Below, piece by piece: positions 1-10,049 of a stretch of 41,659 nucleotides of DNA; position 1 is the first letter of the stretch; the number at the start of each line of letters is the position of its first letter. Position numbers and translations under genes: made by a program. Location: the NCBI RefSeq assembly GCF_000281045.1, contig NW_008246088.1, positions 573,844-615,502 on the forward strand, given 5' to 3'. This stretch comes from Saprolegnia diclina VS20. Its lineage: Eukaryota. A model generated the notes under the pieces. It was not told where the DNA came from and ran no database searches. It was given only the letters and a program-made list of their open reading frames with translations.

Positions 1-477
1 TCCGGGTACGCGGCACCGGTTGCACAGTTGTTGCAGCGGGCCAAGTAGTTGCCAGAGTCCGCCTGGAACGCGAGCTTGCCGTTGCCTGTGTTGTAGACCT
101 TCCACTGCGCCCACGGGTTGCCCGCGAGCGTCGAGACATGGATCATCGCCGAGTCGGGGTACGCTCCGCCCGAGACGCAGTTGTTGCAGCGGCTAAGGAA
201 CTTGCCCGTGTCGGCCTGAAGCCCAATCACTTGACCATCATTGAACGTGCACGCCGGCGACGGGAGGCGGTTGACCGTGAGCTGCGCCCACGGGCTGTTG
301 GTGTAGGCGTTGACATGCACGAAAGCCGCATCCGGGTTCGCGCCACCGGGGACGCAGTTGTTGCAGCGCGCCAGATATTTGCCGGAATCGGCTTGGAAGG
401 CAATCTTGCCGTTGCCAGCGTCGACGCACGTCCACTGGGCCCACGGACCGGTGCGCCAGTCCTTGACGTGGACGAAC
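1..477 (-). CDS. Partial copy 1 of the Cys-rich fascin-like beta-trefoil repeat protein (5' part lost in the gap, 3' end runs off the window)
   Basis: Reverse complement aligns without indels to 1898-2374 of copy 2. It reads FVHVKDWRTGPWAQWTCVDAGNGKIAFQADSGKYLARCNNCVPGGANPDAAFVHVNAYT...CNNCATGAAYP. Confidence 0.85.
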
Positions 478-511
478 ACTATACAACAACATGAACACAA
501 TTATACATAGC

Positions 512-611
512 NNNNNNNNNNNNNNNNNNNNNNNNNNNNNNNNNNNNNNNNNNNNNNNNNNNNNNNNNNNNNNNNNNNNNNNNNNNNNNNNNNNNNNNNN
601 NNNNNNNNNNN
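512..611. other. Assembly gap (100 N, placeholder size)
   Basis: Run of exactly 100 N. The preceding 478-511 is AT-rich and breaks homology with the trefoil gene, which is typical of a ragged contig end. Confidence 0.98.
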
Positions 612-1167
612 TCGCCATCGATACCCTTAGATCGAGTGGCGTGTGGGACACTTACGTGGCCTCGGCGTCCAAACAAAACAGTTACATCGGTGAGCGCCTG
701 TTAGGACAGGAGTTCCTTGTGTGGTGATCCATGCGTCGAGTACAATGTGTTTTCGATTGTACTGTCGGAAGCTTTGCAGATCGGGGCGCTAAGAGCTCCT
801 CGTTCACGGCGACGACCGTCACGACTGGTTGCGACGTAAGCTGCGCCTTTTCAATTCAAAGTTGGACAAACACATTAAGAGGTTCGTTGATATTTGCGCC
901 ATCTATCGCTTGCAGCGTTCGTTACCTGCCAGAAAAATTCTTGACGATAAGAAGCCGTGACGGTCGTCGCCGTGAACGAGGAGCTCTTAGCGCCCCGATC
1001 TGCAAAGCTTCCGACAGTACAATCGAAAACACATTGTACTCGACGCATGGATCACCACACAAGGAACTCCTATCCTAACAGGCGCTCACCGATGTAACTG
1101 TTTCGTTTGGACGCCGAGGCCACGTAAGTGTCCCACACGCCACTCGATCTAAGGGTATCGATGGCGA
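612..1167. repeat. Inverted repeat: 212-bp arms (612-823 / 956-1167) with a 132-bp spacer
   Basis: 612-tcgccatcgatacccttag...gaccgtcacg-823 is the reverse complement of 956-cgtgacggtc...ctaagggtatcgatggcga-1167. Paired coordinates sum to 1779 at both ends (no indels). At least 2 substitutions were seen. Confidence 0.95.
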
Positions 1168-1369
1168 AGATATACGAATGTTGGTGTTTGCAATGTTTCT
1201 ACAATTGCAATACGAGATATCTGCAAAACAGCAAGCTTGTTGTTCGAAGATTGGGCCGAACAGGCGCATGGACGGACATTGACCCCACAAAAGACGCGCC
1301 TTTCTAGAGAGATCGCGTAACCGAATCTTGTCGCAAAATGTTCGAATGGACTCAAATTCCGCCACCACA

Positions 1370-1387
1370 TTTCATTTTCGCATTCGC
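1370..1387 (+). promoter_or_regulatory. Oomycete initiator/FPR-like core promoter of trefoil copy 2
   Basis: TTCATTTTCGCATTCGC about 30 nt upstream of gccaccaacATG. A near-identical element (TTCATTTTCCGATTCGC) precedes copy 3 on the minus strand. It resembles the oomycete YCATTYY-nn-WTTY consensus. Confidence 0.6.
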
Positions 1388-1409
1388 CTCGAACACGACA
1401 GCCACCAAC

Positions 1410-2594
1410 ATGCCGATCGAGACGGACAGTTCGCAAAAACACCTTCTCATCAAGGAAGAACAACTCCTCATGAAGGACGAAGCCGTCGCGCCCAAAGTGT
1501 CTCGCACGCGCAAGGCCCTCATCGCGCTCGGTACGAGCCTCGCGTTCCTTGGCGCGTACTCGGCGGCTGCCGCGGACACGCAGCCCATGATGCCGACGGT
1601 GGTCAACGCCAACATGCTCCAACAGGCACCGTCGCCGGCGTGCACGTTCAATGACGGCGACCTCATCACGGTGCAGGCCGACACCGGCAAGCTCCTCGCC
1701 CGTTGCAACGGCTGCATGCCGAACGGTGCTAGCCCAGACTCGGCCTTCTTCCACGTGTCGACGTCGACGGGTAACCCGTGGGCCGTCTGGAAGGTCACCA
1801 ACACGGGCAACGGCAAGCTTGCGCTCCAAGCCGACTCTGGCAACTACTTGGCGCGCTGCAACAACTGCGCGCCCGGTGCCGCATACCCGGACGAGGCGTT
1901 CGTCCACGTCAAGGACTGGCGCACCGGTCCGTGGGCCCAGTGGACGTGCGTCGACGCTGGCAACGGCAAGATTGCCTTCCAATCGGACACGGGCAACTTC
2001 CTGGCGCGCTGCAACAGCTGCGTCCGCGGCGGAGCGTACCCGGATGCGGCTTTTGTGCACGCCAACGCCTACACCAACGGTCCGTGGGCTCAGTTCACAG
2101 TCAACCGCCTTCCGTCGCCCGCGTGCACGTTCACGGACGGTCAAGTGATTGGGCTTCAGGCCGACACGGGCAAGTTCCTTAGCCGCTGCAACAACTGCGT
2201 CTCGGGCGGAGCATACCCCGACTCGGCGATGATCCATGTCTCGGCGCTCGCGGGCAACCCGTGGGCGCAGTGGAAGGTTTACAACACAGGCAACGGCAAG
2301 CTCGCGTTCCAGGCGGACTCTGGCAACTACTTGGCCCGCTGCAACAACTGTGCAACCGGTGCCGCGTACCCGGACGAAGGCTTTGTGCACGCCAAGAACT
2401 GGCGCGACGGTGCGTGGGCCCAGTTTACATGCGTCGACCTCGGCAACGGCAAGATCGGTCTCCAGGCCGACACGGGCAACTTTGTCTCGCGCTGCAACAA
2501 CTGCGTCCGCGGCGCGTACCCCGACGCGGTCACGATGCATGTCAGCAACCCCAAGCTCGGCGCGTGGTCGCAGTGGACGGTCGTCAAGCAGTAA
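1410..2594 (+). CDS. Copy 2: type II/signal-anchored protein with six RCxxC repeats (two fascin-like beta-trefoil domains), 394 aa
   Basis: Intronless ORF. The ATG at 1410 has the same context as copy 3. Hydrophobic segment RKALIALGTSLAFLGAYSAAAA, then 6 repeats of about 50 aa, GK(L/I)xxQAD(S/T)GxxLxRCNxC..G.YPD.A.VH....PWAQW, in two sets each preceded by PSPACTFxDG. The fold is inferred from the repeat pattern. Confidence 0.85.
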   Translation: MPIETDSSQKHLLIKEEQLLMKDEAVAPKVSRTRKALIALGTSLAFLGAYSAAAADTQPMMPTVVNANMLQQAPSPACTFNDGDLITVQADTGKLLARCNGCMPNGASPDSAFFHVSTSTGNPWAVWKVTNTGNGKLALQADSGNYLARCNNCAPGAAYPDEAFVHVKDWRTGPWAQWTCVDAGNGKIAFQSDTGNFLARCNSCVRGGAYPDAAFVHANAYTNGPWAQFTVNRLPSPACTFTDGQVIGLQADTGKFLSRCNNCVSGGAYPDSAMIHVSALAGNPWAQWKVYNTGNGKLAFQADSGNYLARCNNCATGAAYPDEGFVHAKNWRDGAWAQFTCVDLGNGKIGLQADTGNFVSRCNNCVRGAYPDAVTMHVSNPKLGAWSQWTVVKQ

Positions 2595-2961
2595 GCAAGA
2601 CCACCATTCGATCTACGTCCCGCGGCCGTCGCGTGCCTGTGTCCATGGTGCAGCTGTCTAACCTCGTGAATCAACGTTCTATTCTTCGTACTAACAAGCT
2701 GACCAAGTGTTGATGTAGCGACTAATGTACTAGAGAAGTGAACGAAGGTATGGAACAGAGTCTCCAAGGTCAAGCGATGAAATTTATGCCCTCATAACGC
2801 GGAGAGCACTGATTGGCAAAAGACGATCCTCGTTCTTGACGCAGCGGGTGCCACGTATGGCCATCGTCGGTTTTGTAACGGCATCCGGCCTCTCTATTCT
2901 TACACACCTCGGCGCTGGCACGCAGTTGAAATAGCCACCCAAATACGAGCAACAGAGACGC

Positions 2962-3626
2962 ATGGAGTCGCCGCCACGGTCTGTGAGCCCGCCCCACATT
3001 AGCCGCAGCCGATCGTCGCGGTCGTCGATCACATCGACGTCGACGAGAGACCTCTTGCGCACCGACTCTGGCGAGGCCCGGCCGCGGTACATGCAAGAGA
3101 CTACGTCGAGCATCCAAAAGCACGGCTCCGCCGACGAGGTACTTGATTTCGCCTGCATGCCTATCGTATTGACGCGTGTCAGGGGTCACCGCCCAAAGTG
3201 CTCTGCCACCCGCCCGGCAACCCGATGCTCGCGTCCCGCCGGTCCTCCAAGCTCGATCTTCAGCCCGAGCCTGTCGTGCGCCGTACGAGCAACTCGAGTC
3301 CGCCCAAGACGACCGAGGTGGAGCGCCAGCTCGAGGAAATGACAATGCACTACCACCGGCTGCAAGCGACGCTCGCGGACAAGGATGCGATCATCAGCAC
3401 CTTTACGCAGACGTGCACGCGTCTCCAAGCCGACTGCGAGCTGTTGGCAGAGAACGCGGCGAGCTGGAAGGCGCGGTACGAAGCGCTTTGCCACCACGAA
3501 AGTCCGAGCCCAGAACAACCGGACTCGACAACGATCGACGACGCCGTCCTTGAGTTGCGCAGTATCCTGCTCGTCGAGGCCGACGAGATGCCTACGAAGA
3601 AACCCCGCGGCCAAACGCCCTCGTAA
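2962..3626 (+). CDS. Coiled-coil family protein CC1 (2 exons; intron 3139-3182)
   Basis: Exon 1 (2962-3138) is Ser/Arg-rich and ends GAG|gt. A 44-nt GT-AG intron joins it in frame to ORF 3198-3626, which contains KDAIISTFTQTCTRLQADCELLAENAASWKARYEAL. Confidence 0.7.
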
Positions 3627-3723
3627 CTTGCCTCTCATTAACCCCTGTAACATAGTACGGTCGTCTTGGCAACACAATCTATTTTTAGCGATGAACCCTA
3701 CCCCGGATGTCTATCTTGGTGCC

Positions 3724-3740
3724 ACCAGTTCTAAATTTGC
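3724..3740 (+). promoter_or_regulatory. Initiator/FPR-like element upstream of CC2
   Basis: CCAGTTCTAAATTTGC about 10-25 nt before the ATG at 3750, matching the oomycete INR+FPR layout. Confidence 0.45.
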
Positions 3741-3749
3741 GGTCCTAGA

Positions 3750-5740
3750 ATGAGCTCGGGGCGGCCTCTCGTCCGGCCTGCAAGCGCCCACCCTCGACGT
3801 GCGCTGGAGCGCAAGCTCTCGGACAGCGGGATTCCCGTACCCCCGTCGACCGACACCACCAAGGCCACCAGCGGCAAAGCCACTGTAGCGTCCAAGCTCA
3901 AGACATCTCCGCCGCCAGCTGTTGTGACCAGCGCGCCGCCCAAGCCACAACGCACACAGTCGATGGTGTCGCATCTCATCTCGCCGCGCACGTCGCTTCC
4001 AGAGCGACGACCGTCCGCCATCACGCGGCCCCGATCGGCGACGAGTAGCAGTTCCATCGAGGTAGCACGCCCTCGATGACGAAGCACGTTTCCATGCGTG
4101 TGTAGGCGAAGCGACTGACGCCCCGAAGTAAAGCGGCGTCTGCGAGGACGCTCGATGAAGGCGTCGAGGCACGTAGCAAGCTCATTCCTCCAACATCACT
4201 CTCCTCGACCAGCGACGTCCTTGCAGCCAGCAAAAACGAGAGCGTCGCTGGTTTGAAAAACCAAGTGGAAGTGCTCGAGCGCGCAAAGCAGTCGCTCGAG
4301 GTGAGCGCGGCCACGAAAGACGACGTCGTGCGTCATTTGCAGCAGCAAGTGGCGCATCTCCAGTCGGTCTTGGCGGATACGCAAAAGATCTGCGCCAAAT
4401 TCCAAGGCGATTGCAACGCGCTTGCCGACAAGGCGCTTACCTGGAAGAAAAAGTACGAAGACCTTGTCGTCGAGCACGAAGCGCTACAAGACGCTGGTCG
4501 CCTCAGCGTGGTCTCTCACTCGTGGGACGTGGGCGACGACGACGACGACGCGAGCGCGACGATCGTCGAGCGCTTCCGCAGTGACGACGGCGAGCTAACG
4601 TCCACCGAGCATTGTATGCCAGGGCACCTCCAATACGAGGACGACGAGGACGAGAACGACAATGGTGGCAACGCGCCACCTGCGCACGAACGTCAGATTC
4701 AAGCGTTGCAAGCTGAGGTGGCGAGTCTGCGCGCGGCGTCGCATGAGGCCAAAGTGCGCGAACTCGAGAACGAGCTCCAGCGCTTCAAGCAGCATATTGT
4801 GCACTTGTCCAATGACCATGACGAACAAGTGGCCGAGCTCCAGCTGCAGCTCACCCAATGCGATCGTACAACGCCCACTGACGACGGAATGCGTGGTAGC
4901 AGTGCGCAGCGCAAGTACGAGCACGTGCGCAAGCAGCTCAACATCGCACGCAACGTGATTCGCGAACTTCAAGCGCGCGCTGTGATCCAAGCCAAGTGCC
5001 TGCAAGATCAAACCGCCGAGCTCCGAGACGCACGCGTGGCGGCGCAGGAAGTCGTTGCCAAGACGGCGCGGATCGTCTCACTGCAAGACCGCTGTGATAC
5101 CTTGGTCGCGGAGCTGGCCCGTGCGCAGAAGACAACAACGGCACCCACCACGCCGTCGCCGGTTGTCGAAATCGAAGTCTGGCAGCAGCAATACCGAGGT
5201 GTCGCAGCCAGCTTGAAGAAGCAGAAGGAAACATACAAGCGGGACACCACCGCGTTGCAGCTGCAGCTCCAAGAATTACAGCACGAACTGGACGCGCGCG
5301 AACATGGCAACGACCACGCGGCATTGGCAAAGGAGCTAAACAACGTGCGACGCGCCTATGGGCGCTTGCAAGAGAGCCTCGCACGCCAGCGTTTCATACG
5401 CGCGAACCTCCGACGCCGCAACAGCCATCTCGAACGAAGCGTGCTGGCACTGCGAACCGTGCACGAGGCGCTGGCCACTGCCCGTAAAGCGCTTGCGACC
5501 AAGGAGTCGGAGCTGCACCACTTGGAGCGCAAGACCTCCACGATTGAGCGCGTCTTGAACGAAGTACGCGCAGACGCCAAGGCGGGAACGGGTCAGCGGC
5601 AGCCGTTCAAGGTGGAAGCGTTGGCGTGGCAGCGCGAGGCCGAGCGAGCGGCGCAGGAGATCTCGGAGCTCCAGTCATCCTGTGCTGCGACCATCGCCTT
5701 GCATGCGACCGCCATTATGGTCTACGCCAAGACAGTCTAG
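3750..5740 (+). CDS. Coiled-coil family protein CC2 (intron 4062-4105)
   Basis: Exon 1 (3750-4061) is basic and Ser/Pro-rich, ending ATCGAG|gtagcac. A 44-nt intron joins it in frame to the long heptad-rich ORF 4253-5740. The 3' end could include another small intron. Confidence 0.8.
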
Positions 5741-5785
5741 GTGCTTTCTTAATCTGAAATGAAGGAATGTATATTGTACTGTAAG

Positions 5786-6055
5786 TTAATTGGCGTCTTG
5801 TGACGCCTCATGGAAGCTCGTCGCATGAGGTAGCAGCATGTTGCGCTGGTGCGTCGTCTTGCGGTAGTCGGATACGTAATTGAGGATCACCATGTACGTA
5901 GAGGCGGCAAGAACGAGAATGAACAGCGCAAGGATGACCGCAATGCGAAGTATGGATGCATCGATCGTGTCGGTGCTGCCTTTGGAGGCGCGCTGGGAAT
6001 ACCGCCTGCGGGTGTTGGCAAAGGCCAGCGAGACGGCCGAGTAGCTTGTCGGCAT
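5786..6055 (-). CDS. Small single-pass membrane protein, 89 aa
   Basis: ATG-started ORF with one strong hydrophobic helix (ILRIAVILALFILVLAASTYMVIL). Pyrimidine-rich initiator-like TTCATATTCCTTTTC upstream. Convergent with CC2. Confidence 0.55.
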   Translation of the reverse strand: MPTSYSAVSLAFANTRRRYSQRASKGSTDTIDASILRIAVILALFILVLAASTYMVILNYVSDYRKTTHQRNMLLPHATSFHEASQDAN

Positions 6056-6866
6056 GCTAAAGATAACGATTGAAAAGGAATATGAATCACTTCGTTGGCT
6101 TCTTGGGTCTCAGTACAGCGACAGGACATGACGAGCGCAAAAGCTGGTGGTCGTTTCAGAAGGTGTGTAGTCCCTTCTACGAGCGGTTTCGCACCCGATT
6201 GGTGCATTTCGACCAATCACAGGCGCCGAAATTTTGCAAATCAGGAAAAGCACCACACATTCTCGAAATGTGTGTTGCTAATTAAATTGGAGGCTAATCA
6301 TGGGACGGGTACGGAAGTTGGTGGGAAGAAGTAACCTACAGATGCACGGAGGTTCCAGGCTTTTTGTGCTCTTGCAGGGAATTTGACACCCTTCTTGGCC
6401 ATCTCCTCCACCTATGGTGGCTGCTTGGTTGATAGCACATTGTCTTTGTGTATCGGTCATTCGGCCCCTTGTTTTGGAGCGTCAGGGTGTTGCTCTCCAT
6501 GCCACTTAAATCGAGCGAGCGATTTTGAGGCATCCACTGCGACCTCCCGTCGCTGACGCCGCCTCAGTCGCTGGCGTCTCTCAAGGACCTTGACACACTG
6601 TGTAGCTTTGCCGCCGACCGCGACGCCTGGAAAGATTTCACCGACTGTGTCGTCTAGTGCCTCACCCGCGGCCACAGGCGTCGCGGGGCGACGACAGAAG
6701 AGCCAGACGAGCTGCCGCCTGCCACGGCCCGGCGAGCGAATGAAGAGGGAGATTGCTGGTCTCTACGTATGCGAAGTCTTTGTTACAACAAAGATAACAC
6801 GTTCATATATATATATATGTTCACGGGCTTGGAACGGACTTTGTTGGTGAATCGCAACCGACCACA

Positions 6867-6964
6867 TGACGTGGCAGCGGCAGGTGCTGGAGCCGGTACA
6901 AAAACCCACGTGGGTGGGTTTAACCCACAATCTTCGAATAAACGCATTGGACGCTGCCACGTCA
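6867..6964. promoter_or_regulatory. Cluster of bZIP-type ACGT elements (inverted TGACGTGGCAGCG pair, CCACGTGG, ATTGG)
   Basis: TGACGTGGCAGCG at 6867-6879 and its exact reverse complement at 6952-6964. Palindromic ACCCACGTGGGT at 6904-6915; reverse CCAAT at 6946-6950. The cluster lies 55-150 nt upstream of ATG 7020. Confidence 0.45.
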
Positions 6965-7019
6965 GAAAAATAAAATCCGCGTCGAGTTTCGAAAGAATCC
7001 AACGGGATCTCAAAGGATC

Positions 7020-8179
7020 ATGTCCTACCGCGACGAGTACCCGGTGGGGAGCGACGACGACGACGAAGTGTGCAGTCTCTTGAGCAACCCGCGGCGGCGC
7101 GCGCCGCTGCACATGAACAGCTACCTCTCTCAGATCGAGCAGCACCAGCGAGCGCGGCTGCAGCGCTGGCGGCGCCTCAAGATGTTCTTTGCTGTCATCA
7201 TCGCCTTGGCCACTTTGACGACGCTCTCTCTGCAGTATAGTACGTGGCAGCCGGACGCGACGCCGTCATTCGTTGTCGCCCGTGCCACTTCGATTTGCGA
7301 CTCGACCCAGTGCATTGACATTGTGCCACGTGCCAAGCTGCTACCGGGCACCTGCCCAGCGCTCGACCGAGACCACATGCGCGTACGTCGCTAAGACTAC
7401 TTTTCGTCCGTCAAGTTGGCCCTAGGTCGTGGCCGGCTATATCCTCGGCCGTCTCTATCTTGACACGTGGCCGGGCGACGCCAACTTTAGCTGCAGTCAG
7501 CCACGAGTGACGAACTTCACGATGCGCTACGAAGACGAGATCACAGCCCCGCTAGCCGCCTGTCCTCTGGGCGTGACCGTGGCGGGCATACTCACGCCGA
7601 CGTCGCTTCCAAAGACGATGGCGACGCGCCTCGTATCTATTGATCATACGTACGACTCTACCTCAAGCCGGCTGCCATTTGAGCTTTTGTCCATGTAGGG
7701 AGTATATGACGCCGGGTCTGGCGGTGGTCGTATCCGACGGCTGGGACGGCCAAAGCATCCAGGGACTGCCAGGCATTGTCTTGAACGACCATATCGATGG
7801 GATCTGGCTCGGTCTTGCGATACCCAGCGGCGCCAACGTCACGCAGATTCGCATGCGCATCACGGACGACGAAGGTCGACGCGATTCGCTGCAGGTGGCT
7901 GTGACACTGCCGCCGACCACTGCGCTGGCGGGTATTCGACTCGATAGGGACGGTCGCGCGTGGCCACCGGGTCGGTACAGAGTCGACGCCGCGGATCTCT
8001 TCTCGACGTCCTTTCTCGTGCTCTCGACGAGCTCTCAAGTGATGGCGACATTAGATGACGTCTTCAAGCCGCCAACGTGGCTAAACCAAACTGCCTTCAC
8101 CAGGGTACAAGCCTCGTGTCGAGACGACCACGGCAACGCCTACTGCGCGTGCCAGGCGGCGACGATCGGCGATCCGTAA
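7020..8179 (+). CDS. Uncharacterised type II membrane protein (introns 7383-7425, 7650-7698)
   Basis: Three ORF segments join in frame via 43- and 49-nt GT-AG introns. Acidic N-tail SDDDDEVCSLL, basic stretch, TM helix MFFAVIIALATLTTLSL, then a Cys-containing luminal domain with N-glycosylation sequons. Confidence 0.7.
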
Positions 8180-8504
8180 GGATCTGATACAAATATACCG
8201 TAAATATGCATGTGGTCGTCAAATGGTGATCCAAATCTGAGTTTTTCGGCCGGCGGGACCGTGACCACACACACCAAGCGACAGGTGATTCGACACAGCA
8301 AGGGTCCACTCATGTACGTGTATAGACGCACACCAGCTGTGTACGTCAGCACTGTGTCCAGAAAACGCGGAATTTGCCGCTGAAATGCACCTGTTCTGTG
8401 TCCAAGTTTGCCGTAAACTGTTCAAAAGAACCGTAATTTACCGCTCTACTGCAATAAACAGTACCGTTGCGATCTTCGAAATTTGCCATTTTCGGATTAA
8501 CACG

Positions 8505-10026
8505 ATGCTGCGAGGATTCCTTCTTGGTCTTGCGGTCGCTGCTCTCAACTGCGTCGTTGCCGAGCCGCCGCATGTATGCATTGTGGGCTCGGGCATTGCG
8601 GGCGCCAGCGCAGCTCACTTCCTCGCGGATGCCGGCGTCCGCCTCAGCGTCTTTGAGAAGGAAGGCCACGTGGGCGGTCGCATGCACGCGTTCCCGTACC
8701 GCGGTGTCAAGATCGAGGCCGGCGGGACAATCATCCACGTCAACAACAAGTACATGGTCGGCTTTGCGCAGCGACTAGGCCTGACGCTCGTCAAGCCCGG
8801 GCAGTTTATTGACGGCACGTTGCGCATGGGTATCTTTACGGGCGACGACTTTGCGTTGGAAACGTCGACGTCGAGCTACGTGACCATGGCCAAGATGCTC
8901 TGGCGCTACGGGCCGCTGAATCTCAAGCGCATGAAGAATATCGTCCAGAAAACACTCGACAAGTTTGACGCTATCTACACGCTCCAGGACGCTGGCGCCG
9001 CGTACGCGTCACCCACTGACCTCCTCGCGGCTCTCGGTACTACTACTTCGACTTTGCTTCAATGCACTGTAGCACATTGTAGGTCTCTTGGAGACTACAA
9101 AGACGTCGCTGGAAGCCATCATGGTGGCCAACGGCGTGAGCCCGCGGCTCATCAACGAGCTCATGGCCAGCATCACGCGCGTCAACTATGGCCAAAACAC
9201 GACGATGAGCGGCTTTGGCGGTCTTGTGGGCCTCGCGGGCTCGGGCGACGACCTGCGTGCGATCGTCGGCGGCGACTACCAGGTAGACGAACTGTCTTTG
9301 CCCGTTTCTACGAGGACCTTCGTAGATCCCCGAAGGCCTCTTGCGCGAGGCCAACGCCGATGTCTACCTCAACACAACCATCACGTCCATCACACCTGCA
9401 ACCGACGGCACGTTCGAACTCATGACGTCCGGCGGAAGCGGGGCCACGTGCAGCGCCGTCGTCATCGCAGCGCCGCTCGAGCTCAGCAACGTGGCGCTGC
9501 CATCGCAAGTGCACATTGCGCCACGTCGCTTCCAAATGACATACACGACGTTTGTCCAAGGCGAGTTGCATTCTGCGTACTTTCAGCGACCTTCCGACGT
9601 GCCCGAGACGATCTTGACGACCGAGAACACGTCGCTTCCGTTCTCTTCGATCGGCTTGCAGTACCGCAAAGGTACATCTCTCCATGCTCCCGCCACTGCA
9701 TAGTGCAACGTGTAGACGGCGTGAGCTTGTACAAGGTCTTTTCCCGGGCGCCGATGACCCCAGCCGTCTTGGCGACCTTCTTTGAGCCGCGCTTTGAGAT
9801 TGTCCAAACGTATCCGTGGGCGGCGTATCCGACGTTCCACGTACCCGAGGTGTTCGGCCCGTTCGAGGTGCTGCCCGGCCTTGTGTACCCCAATGCGATC
9901 GAGAACGCGGCGAGTGCGATGGAGATGAGCGCGCTTAGCGGCCGCAACGCTGCGCACCTCCTCCTCGCGCACCTGCAGCTGCCCGCCACGACAGCGTCGT
10001 TTGCGCACATCAAGGACGAGCTCTAA
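8505..10026 (+). CDS. PCYOX1: Prenylcysteine oxidase / farnesylcysteine lyase (introns 9037-9082, 9283-9325, 9672-9715)
   Basis: Signal peptide; FAD-binding VCIVGSGIAGASAAHFL...FEKEGHVGGR; IEAGGTIIHVNNKYM; RVNYGQ; WAAYP; YPNAIENAASAMEMSALSGRNAA; C-terminal KDEL. All three introns restore the frame. Confidence 0.92.
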
Positions 10027-10049
10027 GCAATGGTGCTGCGATTACGACA

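Noticed and set aside
478..511. AT-rich 34 nt interrupting trefoil copy 1, as a possible insertion or pseudogenisation
   Set aside because: It abuts the N gap and is most likely a low-quality contig end; no claim can be made.
612..1167. Inverted repeat as a MITE or transposon terminal repeat
   Set aside because: The symmetry continues into the flanking trefoil genes, and no transposase or target-site duplication is visible. An inverted gene duplication explains it better.
1149..2540. 463-aa minus-strand ORF (and the similar 13414-14322 + ORF)
   Set aside because: Antisense shadow of the GC3-rich trefoil genes; the repetitive R/V/G content mirrors the sense codons.
3623..3748. Possible 126-nt GT-AG intron fusing CC1 and CC2 in frame
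   Set aside because: The frame would be kept, but the intron is nearly three times the local size, an initiator/FPR element precedes ATG 3750, and each gene has its own copy of the family motif and first intron. RNA-seq would settle it.
6095..6850. Short ORFs between the small TM gene and the 7020 gene
   Set aside because: Fragmentary frames with stops and no recognisable domain.
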